DNA of 64,000 bases from the NCBI GenBank assembly GCA_965235115.1, contig OZ249436.1, positions 17,610,001-17,674,000 of the forward strand, read 5' to 3'. Below, one piece after another: positions 36,801 through 49,167 of this stretch. The DNA is from Laetmonice hystrix (taxonomy: Eukaryota). Within the stretch, counting starts at the first letter, position 1. Every line of letters begins with the position of its first letter. The notes under the pieces were generated by a model that saw nothing but the letters and a program-made list of their open reading frames with translations, made no database searches and was not told the DNA's origin. Made by a program: the position numbers and the translations under genes.

Positions 36801-39800
36801 TCAGTCAACCAGGATCATCAGTACGGGGAGTCCAGCTCTCAGTCAGCCAGGATCATCAGTACGGTGAGTCCTGCTCTCAGTCAGCCAGGATCATCAGTAC
36901 AGTGAGTCCAGCTCTCAGTCAGCCCGGATTGCCATGTTCTGGGGTCACTGTTGACAGTATTTTAACCCTACCACAAATTGCATGTCATTTCTGAGCTATA
37001 GGGCGTGCAAGTCTCGCGTCCTTGTCCCTTAAATGACCCGAAATAGCCTCGAAACGCGTCCCGTTGGTCCCTAAACGATTGTTACGTCACAATTTCTCCA
37101 TTGGTTTAACATGGGATGAGAAAACACACTTTCAAACATCGACCAGATTTTTGTCAGTTTTGACATCTAAGACATGAAATGTATTCTTTCATACGTAAAA
37201 CAGGTTGGTGCTCTTGTTTTGTAAGTTACAAGAATGAAAGCGCCCTAACTATGAAATAATAATATTTAGAAGTTGAGAGTTGCCGGCTCCTATGGGAGTC
37301 GCAATGCTAAAGTGACGAGGTTACGACACGTTAGGACCAAAGCCGGCCGTTCTCGGGTTTTCTCATGTTTTCTCTTGACCCACTTGCACACCCTATAGAC
37401 AGGTTTCTTCAGGAATGTGAAGATCATTCTGTCAACCTCTCTAGGTTTAAAAGCCCAAACTTTATAACAACCTTTGAACCTAATGATGTCTCCCCCTGGG
37501 ATGGTGCTTACATAATTCAAGGACATGTTTTTGATTACAGACAGCTGTGCAGGAACTTTTTAAATCTGACCAGTCAGGGATGAGTGTCAAGGAACAGGTG
37601 TGTGCCGTCGTTCAGATGATCGTCCGCACTGTACACCAGATCTATGCTGTCTTCTACGCGGGAGGATCGGATGGGACTGGAGGAGATGACAGCCTCCAGG
37701 GTGATTAATTGAATGATTGATTGACCGTTCTCACATAAGTTTAGAGCTGTATGCGTCAAACTAGATTTCCAGAGAACTATGATGCCTTTAAACAAAGAAA
37801 TGCAAATTGTTCATTTTTGTAACTCGTTACATGATGTGGGAATGAGCATGTGGTTATTGGTTATGGGAACCTTTTGTTCATGGGTGTATGGGTTTTCTGG
37901 TTTCAGTGCAGAGTAACCTCCTGGTAGCAACCTTGGCAAGGGTCACAGACAAAGGTCAAGCAGGTATGTATTATACACCTCAAATTAAACCTCTTATGCA
38001 TGAAGATATAGTTAAAAGGAAAGCTGGTTTTGTATATAAATGTTTTTTGAAGAGAAGGGAATACGGGTCTATATTTGTAACTGACACCAGTTTTGAAATA
38101 ACTACACTGACTTCATAGCTGCTTCAGAAAGTAGAGTGACTTGTAAGCCTGGATTATTGAAAAGGAATCAATGTACATAAGTTGCATAAATGAAAATACC
38201 ACTACTACTATATGTGCGAACTACTATAGGAGGCAGGCTGATTTAGAACAGCTATATGTGTATTTTAAAAAAGAGTGAAGTGTATATTTCTTTCACTTTA
38301 TGACTCTAATGGTATGAATGTTTTAAGTTGTCAATTTTGGATGTAGGTGCAATAATTGCTGACGTCAGTTCCTCACCGTCAATGAAGTACCTACCAAAGT
38401 CTGTGACAGGTAAGTAGGACATTGTAGTACTACTTCATTACAGTCATTTAGTACATAATTATTATGCAGTATGTTATGAATATCCATTACACCTAATAAT
38501 ACAGTATAATTTATTCAGATGTATAACATATATGATGTACACATGTAGTTCCTTGAGGTTCTCCTTTAGACTTCAGACCATCTCTGAGAAATCACGCTTC
38601 TCCAATCGCGGAGACCAACCTACAAGAGAATTGCCAGCAGTGGGTCAGCACGTAAGTACACAGATCTAAGAGTTTACATCCATCCGGTACCATTTCTCCA
38701 CCATTCGGGCATCAAAGGCTTTTGGTATGTGATGTCCAGGTGGGTCTAGACTGGGCGTAAAAAAGAAAGAACAAGTGTAGGGTGCTGTCCCAGTGGTGGG
38801 TTTCATTCAGACTTTAGCCTCATTATTACCTCCCATGATGATAACTATAATATATATTATGATATATGATGACCCATTTTTTAGTACTATCATGGTTATG
38901 TTTTCAGTTGTGTACAGAGTGTAAGCTCTGGGCTGAGTCAGTTACTGACCTATATTCCCACGGTCAGGGGGCTGGCTGCCATCAGGGGCGAGGTTTGGAC
39001 ACTCCTCAACCAGGTAACAATTTATAACATTTATTGCAGATCATTAGATCTCTCTGCACTAAATTTGCAAGGTAGATTATGGTTCTAATGTGGTTTCTTA
39101 TTAATCAACTGTTACCGAATTCACAGTCCATGTGAATTTAGGTATAGCAGGACATTTTTTTTGACAGATTTTGATATTTCTGTGTCATACTTACACTCTG
39201 TATTGCAAAGCCAATGGTAGAATAATATCAAACTACCATGAAAATCTCATGATATATACTGATGACTGATCTCAATGCTAGTTAATTTTCAGTAAACTTT
39301 AGATCCATAAGTGTGCTGTAAATGTTCTTAAACTGTTTCGATGAAAATGTTTAATTTATTTGATTGCCACAGGATGAGAAGATGAACACATGGGACTTTG
39401 TGTGTGGCCGTGTCCTGCGTCGGAAACTTGTCATGTGGGAGGAATTCTTCCTGCAGCATTTCCTACAGAGAACCAAGGTTTGGCACTCTCAATCTATCTC
39501 ACATATTATAAAATGGATATTGCATGTTGTATCGACAACTTTAGTTTATTTAGGGAATGAACCACAAGAGAGTTTATTCTGGTATATGACTTGTACTCTA
39601 TTTATTTCTGAATGTTGGTAATGCAATCATCAGTAACAGAGGTTTTCCTGATAAAACCTACATGCTCTGGTCTGTGTTTCAGATGCTGGTCGAGGCTCAG
39701 TGTGAGGGGGTACTCAGTGCCTGCAAACAGCAGATTGTCAAAGTACTTAATGACCTTGCCACACCAGAAAGGTTGGCATCTACTCAGAATTTAAAAAAAA

Positions 39801-42800
39801 TATCTGACAAACATGAATGCACAGTGCGTGTGTATTATTACAATGTTATCTGTCACTATAGTCTGTGTAAGGGTAAGTGGGGATAGTGGGGTCTGGTCTG
39901 GTCTGATGGCATAAGGCAAGACTTCAGTTATTATAATACCATTGGACAGGTGTAAGGCTAAGTGTGGATGGTATGGAGAAGTGAGTCATGTAGAATATCT
40001 GTAATCCAGTTCCAGTCAGGCAGAACGAGACGTGGCGAGTTACGTATGGGTTGAGGGTAGCACTGACATGCCGGTCAATATGGCATGGACGACAGTAGGC
40101 AGTAAGACCTTCGCTGAGGCTGGACCATTAACGATGAAAGCCAAGGCCTACACGCCATCTGTACAAAGGTAACCTAGACTGAGCATCCCGGAGTCTGTCT
40201 GATTGCAACTACAGACCACCAGTAACAGTTACCTGGCATTTGATATGTTTGAAATGAAATCTCAAATCATGGTCGAGAGGAAGAATTTTGTCTTTAAAAA
40301 CTAGTCTGTGCTGAAACGTTCTCTTGCTATTCCCAGTTTGTGTCGTAACTTTGATGGCCGACTACGAGCTCTCCTTGAGGATATGGGTTACTATGTCAAA
40401 CCGCCATCTGGTGAAAAGATCAAAAGTCAAGACAAGTCCGGAACATTTGATCAGTATGCGGACACTCCTGTCGTCCTTGCGTTTCTCCAAGACAGCTGCG
40501 GAGCTTCCTGTCACCGGTCAGTCCATCAGGCATTACCTCCATCCTTCCTTATAACCTAGTCTAGAGGAAGATTTGTTCATGAATTTGTTTTTTTAGTACA
40601 CCCTCATTGACTCCCACAGATTGTATAGGGGTATATTTTCAGGATTGCTCCTGTGTTCCAGAAACCGTCATCATATACGTATGTTTCAGACTGGTGGAGT
40701 TTCTCAGTGGTCAGCTTGACGCTTGTCGTCAACAGGTGGCGCCAGAGGGCAACCTGAGGGCAAATCTTCTTATCCTCGACAGGTAACTTGGTGGGGTCAG
40801 GCATACAAAAAAATGAAAAGCAAGAGAAGATAGTTGGCTTGTTGCCTGTATTATAATTCAGGGTTGTAGCAAGAATTGGGTGGCAGGGGGAGTTTCCAAA
40901 TTTATTGACCAAGTGATGGACCAAAGATATAATTTCCATAATATCATGTCATTGCTTGATCTTACTGGCATCATGATTATTGTTGTACTGACTGACCCCA
41001 GTTTTTTTATTGCATTTCAATAAAGCCCAAAGATATCTTTAAAAACATCGCTGGAGCGAGGTGTAAGGTTTTTACTAATACACAAACTTGCTCTCTCCCC
41101 ATCTAGACTGCACTAGTCGAAGACATCTTTGGCAAAGATAGATGTATCTTTTGATATTGAAATGCACTCCAGGGTCCTGATTATTGTACTTACTGACCCC
41201 AGGGTCCTGATTATTGTACTGACCGACCCCACAGTCCTGATTATTGTTGTACTGACCGACCCCACAATCCTGATTATTGTACTTACTGACCCCAGGGTCC
41301 TGCTGCTGGGGAGGTTTACAAGCGCCCTCTGTGAACTGAGCCAGCACCTGCAGCAGTGCATGATGGGAACAACAGAGAAACCAGACCAATCAAGGTGAGA
41401 TATAATGTTAAAACCCCTTGTAGGAATTTCGAATGGATTTGTACACAAACTCATCTATTCATCCCTCAAAACACTGACCGTTCCATTCCTAATTCCATTT
41501 TGTGTTTTGTAGTATTTTCTGTTCAGGCATGATAAGATTCTGTTTCCAGGCTGACTAGGAAGAGTATGGGACAGAAAGGGAGGGTGGTTGACCATCCAAG
41601 ATGGAATGAGGTCAAGGACAAACTGCAGAAGTTCAGTCAGGAATCTTTCAGGTAAGTAATAGTGAAACCATTAATCCTTGTCTGACTAGGTTAGGTCAAA
41701 AGAAATCCCGGTTTCTGGTATGAAGAACATTTCAAAAGTGGTGTGGTGCTGCTTTTCTTTTTTAATAATTTTTCTTGTTAAGACCTAGCTAAAATGGTAA
41801 GCCTCACAAGAATTATCATGTAAAATGAATCCATATTAAACAACGATGTTTCAAAATAGAACATACATGCTTTATATACGCCTGAAGTGTAACAATGGTT
41901 AGTTTTAAGCCTTAACGCTAGGTGGCAGTACAATTTACACATTTATGCTAGGTAAGACTAAGAGCAATGAAAAAAACCCACTCATGTTCAGCTTCTGAAG
42001 TGACACACGTACATACCAGTCACCAGAACCCGGAATTTCTTTGTTTAAACTTTTTTTTTTCTTTGGTGATTGTTGTTATTGTAAAAGTTCTGAACTTTAT
42101 TTGTTGTTTTCTCCGGCAGTCTATGGAGTGAACATCTGGCTGTACATCTCATATCTCAATACCAGGAGGCACTGTCAGACTCAAGTGGACGTGGAATCCT
42201 GCGGGCCAGTACGGTATGTAATCCTATGTTGTGGGATGAAGTATGGGTGTTGTGATACCTGAGATCAGAGATTTTAATACCTTGGATGTATCATACCTGC
42301 AGTGAGGGGATGGGAACAGTGTGAGTCTGATGTTTCATACCTGATGTTTTATACTTGTGTTGTTTCATATCCACAGTGTTGGGTTTAGAACAGTGTTGGA
42401 GTCTGATGTTTCATACCTGAAATGTTTCATACCCACAGTGTTGGGTTTAGAACAGTCTAGGACTCTAATGTTTCATACCTGAAATGTTTCATACTTGCAG
42501 TGTTGGGATGAGGTGGAGATTGAGGAGGAGACAGAGGAGGGCCAAACGCTTACCTCCACTATACGGATGCCAATGCAGCCATCGTGGTACGTGACCACAC
42601 TCCTCTACCAGTTGTGCGAGCAGATCAACAGGGTCGGAGGTCACGCCCTTAACAAGTGAGACACCTTACGTTTTTGGTGACAGGTCATTTTTACAATGTA
42701 TGTCTTATGACAGGTCAGTTGTGTGTCTGTTGACAGGCCAGTTGTGTGTCTGTTGACAAGTCAGTTGTGTGTCTGTTGACAGGTCAGTTGTGTGTCTGGT

Positions 42801-44740
42801 GACAGGTCAGTTGTGTGTCTGGTGACAGGTCAGTTGTGTGTCTAGTGACATGTCAGTTCTGTGTCTGGTGACAGGTCAGTTGTGTGTCTGGTGACATATC
42901 AGTTGTGTGTCTGGTGACAGGCCAGTTGTGTGTCTGGTGACAGGTCAGTTGTGTGTCTGGTGACATGTCTGTTTTCTGTCTGATGACAGATCCGTTGTCC
43001 AGGGACTGGTCCAGCAGCTGTCAGAAGGACTCCTCACACAATACGAGTCAGTGACAACTAAAGGTCGCACGTCTACAGGGTCAAGGACGACTGGGGGTCA
43101 ACTACCCATGAACCAAACCCGTGCCCTACAGCTGTTGTTTGATGTCAAACTGGTCTCGAAGATACTGCCTCGCAAGGATGATACTGAGGTATGATGTTAT
43201 CTTTTGACGATTTCAACCCATCTGTATCAGTAATTCCAGCTGTCATATTTTCCTGTTCACTCCAGGCGATTAATGCAGCATTAATTACCCTCCAGGCTGG
43301 CAAAGATTACCAGAAGCGGACGCAGAAGTTGGTTGAGATCTTAGAGAGTTACGTCGACCCGTTTGATTTGGATGTCTTCACTCCCTACATGAATACTCAT
43401 CTCAGCCGCCAACTTCAACGCTTCAGTGTAAGAAAGTTCAATCAGAGAGAAATATTGATTTGTTGGTAAAGGTTTATGTTTATAAAAATCTTCTATAAGA
43501 TAAAACTCGTCTTGAAGTTCAGATTACAACAGAGGGAGGATGCTGAGAGTGTTCGTGTGATTTACAGGTGTATGTTTAATTGACAGCTGTGGTGTTTATT
43601 GACAGCTGTGGTGTTCATTGACAGGAATGTTTTATTGACTGATTCGGTATTTATTGCCAGGTGTGTTGTTGATTGAGAGGTGTTGTTGATTGCCAGGTGT
43701 GTTGTTGATTGAGAGGTGTGTTGTTGATTGCCAGGTGTGTTGTTGATTGAGAGGTGTTGTTGATTGCCAGGTGTGTTGTTGATTGAGAGATGTGTTGTTG
43801 ATTGCCAGGTGTGTTGTTGATTGAGAGGTGTTGTTGATTGCCAGGTGTGTTGTTGATTGAGAGGTGTGTTGTTGATTGCCAGGTGTGTTGTTGATTGAGA
43901 GGTGTGTTGTTGATTGAGAGGTGTGTTGTTGATTGCCAGGTGTGTTGTTGATTGAGAGGTGTTGTTGATTGCCAGGTGTGTTGTTGATTGAGAGATGTGT
44001 TGTTGATTGCCAGGTGTGTTGTTGATTGAGAGGTGTGTTGTTGATTGCCAGGTGTGTTTTTGATTGACAGGTGTTGTTTGGGTGCCTGATGTCTGTTGAC
44101 AGACACAGTGGATTGCACTCAGTGCGATCCACCAGTACGTCACACCAGGAGCAGCACAATGTTCTGCCGCTGTGTAAGGATACGAGTCGACTACCCCTAC
44201 TACCGCTCAGTGTCCAAACCCGCAGCTCGATGGCGCCCCCCATCACTCAACCACCAAAACTTAAGGTATTGGTTAACTTCTCTGTGTCATGGTTAACTTT
44301 CACTAGGACAGCTGGGGCAGAAGCATATCAGTCTGGTCGTAACACAAACATTTCCAACAGAATTCTCATTAAAATGTTGACGCGTACGGTATGTTAGGTG
44401 CAGGAGTGGAAGCCAGATTGTGGCAAAGTACTTCTGTTTCAATCCAAGGAAATAAATGCATGTGCACAAACCTTGAATAAATTCCCTTTGATAAGTTTTA
44501 TTATTCTCCAGGAGTTACATGTGAAGGGAATTATGTTTATTTTAATCGTGACGATTTAAACCCACCCCATACTATGTCTAGTCCTGGTTAGGTCAGGCAC
44601 CCATCGTGACCTTCTTATTCCAGTCGCCCACCGAGCAGCCAAGCCCACCTCCTGAACTTCCAATGCCACGCTCCGAGTCGAGTGGTTTCCTCGCCAACAT
44701 GAGTACGCTCTGGTTCAGCAATGTCGCCAGCAAGAAGTGA
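30850..44740 (+). CDS. COG1: Conserved oligomeric Golgi complex subunit 1, ~26 coding exons
   Basis: Exons include 30850-30868, 33145-33229, 33441-33485, 33750-33816, 33986-34089, 35354-35423, 36000-36183, 36317-36445, 37541-37700 ... 41296-41394 ... 43296-43427, 44071-44265, 44624-44740. Motifs LFEKFTIDEIR, IEKKKEDLRLMVGERYRDLIEAADTI, FYGIAAQIKLLLDMPEKIWS, QLLFDV, VDPFDLDVF, VLFG. Confidence 0.96.
31296..31589. mobile_element. 294 bp foldback MITE with 10-bp TSD (Mutator-like), copy 1
   Basis: TIRs caatctaattaaaattagatctt / aagatctaattttaattagattg; TSD gcacagcacc at 31286-31295 and 31590-31599. Confidence 0.92.
34067..35057. repeat. 53 bp minisatellite spanning the COG1 exon 5 donor (~13 copies)
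   Basis: aaaacccaggctggatacaaccaa|gtatgaaccttgttaaactgagaccttgt; the last copy is split by a MITE. Confidence 0.96.
34730..35023. mobile_element. 294 bp foldback MITE, copy 2
   Basis: Almost identical to 31296-31589; TSD gaccaagtat at 34720-34729 and 35024-35033. Confidence 0.92.
35548..35924. mobile_element. Non-autonomous DNA element with 6-bp TSD
   Basis: Imperfect TIRs caggggtttcaataag / cttattgagaagggtg; gtgatg on both flanks. Confidence 0.55.
36433..36925. repeat. 38 bp minisatellite spanning the COG1 exon 8 donor (~13 copies)
   Basis: gatcatcagtacg|gtgagtccagctctcagtcagccag repeated. Confidence 0.96.
41168..41302. repeat. 30/33 bp minisatellite spanning a COG1 acceptor
   Basis: ccccag|ggtcctgattattgtacttactga about 4 times; translates RVLIIVLTDP in the exon's frame. 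Confidence 0.9.
42680..42989. repeat. 23 bp minisatellite filling most of a COG1 intron up to the acceptor
   Basis: gacaggtcagttgtgtgtctggt about 12 times, ending at tgatgacag|~42990. Confidence 0.93.
43575..44070. repeat. ~17-19 bp alternating minisatellite abutting a COG1 acceptor
   Basis: gtgtgttgttgattgccag / gtgtgttgttgattgagag alternation ending at gattgacag|44071. Confidence 0.93.
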
Positions 44741-47532
44741 TTCAGGGAACTCGCTGTAAGTCATTCAGAAACTGTTTGAAATATTGAAGTTTGTTCATAT
44801 GAAATATTCCACCTTATAAGATCCATATGAAATGAAAAGTACATGTTCTACATAGTGTTCATTCTCTTACAGACACGAGATGCTGGAGTCTGGAGCATGG
44901 TATTATTAGTGAGGGTTGGACGACGCTCCTTGACGACATCCTTGTGGCAATTCGTCGACTGGGAAACTTGACGTTTTAAGGTTCTCTGGATGAGCATTTG
45001 TTGTAATATGAGGTTTAGAATCTTACACCAAGACATGCTTTAATTGAAATTAACTTGTTAACCATGAGGTTTGCTTCAGTGCATAGACTTTACAACGGGT
45101 TTAAAATAGAAATATAACTGATTAAATATACGTTATTAACGTTGCAAACAGAAATAATTAATATATTGAATCGAGTTTGAGGAAACTGGTTAAAACTGTG
45201 ATCAGTTAGGGAGTGTTACTATCAGCATCGTGGTCTGGACGCTTTGGGTTGTGGGCTACGCCACCTGGTGATAAATAGAGACACCATCTACTTTATATGG
45301 CACACGTGTTCCACCTAGTGGAGAATGAGTACACTAATCGGACCAATGGCTCTATCGCCATGTGCATGTGCTGTGATAATATTGAGCGGTTTTTGGTTCA
45401 TCATTGACGTAACTGCTTTCGTGTCTATCAAAAGGAAGATGGCATTACGCAAAATAGTGGTGGCATAGATTGTATTTTGATAAATTAAATAAAAAGTGGC
45501 TGTTGAGGGTGTTTGCAATGTTTTCAGGGTGTTCCTGCCCGCTGGTTGAGGAGTAAGAATGCCATGGCCATCAACCCCTTCCCGTGCTGCTTCTAAGGGG
45601 CGACGAATGGGGGAAGGGCTGGTGTGGGGAAGTGGTCCAATGTCGGATTTCAGAATCATCCGATGGAGTTCGATCGTTTTATCAATTGGATCCTTTGTCA
45701 CAATAAGAGGGTTGTCGCGTATTTTGAACTGGATCTATGTGCACGATCAGAAACAATAGAGTAATACGATATGCGTGTGTTCTGACCGATTACCCAGCGT
45801 CCCATGGGTCGACGATCATTGTAGTCTTGGTTACAAGGGCCGGGAGGTCGATGTGTCACGTGATGTGAACGCCTCGATCCTGGAACGCTGAGGTCTGAGC
45901 GTTTCTTCCGTATTATAAATGGCGATGGTTCAGGTGGCCGGGGGTGGGGGCCGGGGGGACCTAGGGGACGGGGGCGGGGGATGGCCCAAGTCGACTTTTA
46001 ACGTCTATAAAGCCCTGGATGGCCACACAGAGAGCTGCGCGTGTATCGACGCCTATGGAACCCTGGCGGTCATTATAGGAACTATCCCAAGACACGTCTG
46101 TACCACGTGATATATGGCTGGACTTGGCATTACGCTGTCCGTCAGGTGGCGCCTCGACCCGTGGGATTGAAGCCGGCAGGCGGCCAGCTGTTAATTACAG
46201 GCGCCAATGAGCGTCCCAACAGGGCCGTCATGACGCTACGATAGCGGCACCCAGGTCGCTGTGGCGTCACACCTGGGAGTGATGTTATAGGTATCCTGTG
46301 TCAAGTCTTTCATTATAGAATGAGAACTTAATCAATAGAGTGCTTGTAATCTATGGGTAAGAATCGTTAGGGTGGGTGGGCGGGACGGGCCGGGGCAGAA
46401 CTACTGCCGGCTTGTCCTCGCGGGGGTCCCAACTACTTGGTCCCCCTGGTGGACGAGAAAGGAAGCTCGCGGTCACGTGGGACGCGGCTGTACGGCAGTT
46501 ATACGTTCTCCAGTGCGTCGTTAAGGTGTCTGTGTCAGACGCACACAGCCCTGGGTCAACAGATAGCATGATTCAGAACTCGTCTAATCTGGTACAGACA
46601 CATTAATTGAGAAGTGAATTATAGCTTAGGGTATACTGGTTTCAGAGGATGTGTTTATCAAAACATAAAAGACAAAGAACTAATAGTTTTCGGCCTGGCC
46701 ACATGTAGGCCTACTTAATACAAAAATGGTGAAACCCTCTCCATGACCATTCTAATGGATTTATCTATGGGTCTAATGAAGGACTTAAATTTAGGCCTTG
46801 TAGAAACATTAGAATTACAAACAAACGACCAAACCCATGAAGAAAAAACACGTCAAAACGCTTTTCAGAAAATGGACACAATCAACCTTCAACATAGATG
46901 AAAATTCCACATGCAAAGACAATGAAAGAACAAACATGCAAGTAAATGATGCAACCCACATCCAAACTCGTTCAAGGAATTCAAAAGGTAGCGTCTTTTA
47001 CATGGTGTTTCACGTTCATTCTTACATAATCAATATTAAAACATAACACAAAATATAAACGATTTAACAAATATAAAACATAAAACATAATAAAATATGA
47101 TCATCATAAAAATATAAAACATAATAAAGATTAAACAGAAACAAACATCGGAAACAAATACAATCCACAGCCAAACCTCTCTAGTTTTAATGATTTGATA
47201 GGATACCTATACCTAGGCCTATATAGGCCTACATATAGGCCTACATATAAATGTAATTAGCAGTTTTTTTACTCTATCTATATGGCATCCTCCCCTCATA
47301 GCCATCCGTTCTACCCACAACGCCCATACACAAGTATTTACCAAATCTTTAAATAATACTGATCAAAGAATATGTAGGCATAGGGTTCACCACTTTCCCA
47401 GTTTAGTGATACGGTTTTTATATGGTCTTCCTTTGTCATTTTCTTCGTTTTACCCGTCACATTTTGTTGTTTTGATATTCATTCAGCAGCACCTGGCTGT
47501 TGTGTATATTACATGTAATACCAAGCACATTC

Positions 47533-47727
47533 CAGGCGCGGATCCGGGGGGGGGGTCCAGGGGGTCCGGACCCCCCCCCCCTGCTCAGGACCAACTTAGG
47601 TTTTTGCTATGTTATCGGGGAAGGGCCCCAGACTTTTTGCCCCCTCCTCCAGCGGCTCGCATCTTTCGGACCCCCCACCCCCACCCCCCCCCCCCCCCCC
47701 CCGCAAAAATTCCTGGATCCTCGCCTG
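47533..47727. mobile_element. CAGG-GGATCC family MITE with 5-bp TSD
   Basis: caggcgcggatcc...ggatcctcgcctg; cattc on both flanks. Confidence 0.8.
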
Positions 47728-49012
47728 CATTCACTGCAAGTTTGAGGCATTATACTGATGCAGCGTTTATAGGTTATATCTTGTTCGAACGTCATTATTC
47801 CTGTTGTGCATTTTATGCCCGTTCATTTCTCATTAGGCCTATCTGAACTGTCATATTCACACCCTAATCTCTTTTTCAGATTTTTTCCCGCACGAATCTC
47901 CTCGATTGTTTGACTCCACTGTCACTATCATTCATTGTCATTTTTAAAATGTAAAGTCCGACATTGCCTGCATGTGACGGAAAATATACACGTTGGCTTT
48001 TCCATGTTTCGCGTTTGAGCAATAAGGGGGCCTACATCAGTTTTTTTTAAAGTCATTTCATTAAACCCAAATGTCATCCGGCAATGTTTGGGCCCCCCCC
48101 CCCCTACCGATTTTATAACCTCTGAAGAAACACAAGAGATCAAACAATTGACATTTTATTAATTGAGAATTTGCCAACTTATGAAGTTAAAACTTACACT
48201 AAACTTAAACTATCCAGTAAGCAACAAACGATCAAACAACGAAGGCAAAACTGTGTTTCAATTAACATGGACAAAAATCAACCTGCAACATATGAAAATG
48301 CTACAAAACATGTCCAGTGTAGGCCTAGATCTACTATGGGTCAAACCTCAACCCACTCAACATCTAGATCTATAGGCCTACAGCCCCAAATCCCAAAATT
48401 GTATTGAATTTGATAAACATAAACATTCAAACCCTTAGACTTGGTTAAACCTTGATATCTCTTGATCGAAGTTTGATCGAAGACCTGGTTTTCGCGGGAT
48501 TATGACATAACGTGGCCAGTTATAGCAGTCAGGGCGTCCCCATAGGCCACTGTGGCCCCCTAGCGGCGATTCCCGAAGAGAAACCGACGAAGGTCGCCAT
48601 AATGACGTCATCCATCCAGCGAATTTATAGGCTACACAAGACGGGTCTAATGCTCATCCCAAGACAAGCCTAGAATTAGAGCTTTGGAAAACGGCAAAAG
48701 TAAACCATGTGAGTAAGTATATATAGAGTCTAACCATATCAAGTCTGTAAAAATTGGAAGGTTCAACGTCTGAGTGATAGACTCATTTTTTGGCACTGAA
48801 CACACACTGTCTGAAGTGAAGACCGTAGTCGCAGATCTCGGCCGAGGTCGTAGGCCTAGGGGGGCCTATGCTATACTCGTGAACACGCTCGCATCCCGTA
48901 GGCCTACCCAGATTACACCTAGGCTATAGGCCTAGGTACTAGAGTAGCCTATAGGCCTATGCCTTAGGTCGAATAAATTAAAAGGGCAACTGCTTGTCAC
49001 AAAGCACTCGCA

Positions 49013-49167
49013 CAGGGCCGGATCCAGAGGGGGTTTTATTCTATCTGAACATGCTAAAGTCAGATTTTCACCAGATTGCCCCAATGCACAGTGCACAGTG
49101 CTATTTTAGTTGTCAAGTTGTTGCCCCCCCCCTGGAAAAAAAATCCTGGATCCTCGATCCGGCCCTG
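49013..49167. mobile_element. CAGG-GGATCC family MITE with 5-bp TSD
   Basis: cagggccggatc...gatccggccctg; tcgca on both flanks. Confidence 0.8.

Noticed and set aside
36997..37246. Possible MITE tagggcg...cgcccta (similarly 10314-10460)
   Set aside because: Short or imperfect TIRs and no clean TSD; not enough support to annotate.
43562..44246. Long repetitive minus-strand ORFs (HLSINNT/QSTTH)
   Set aside because: Products of an intronic minisatellite open in all three frames, antisense to COG1.
46520..46570. tRNA-like sequence on the minus strand
   Set aside because: No complete cloverleaf; at most a degenerate SINE head.
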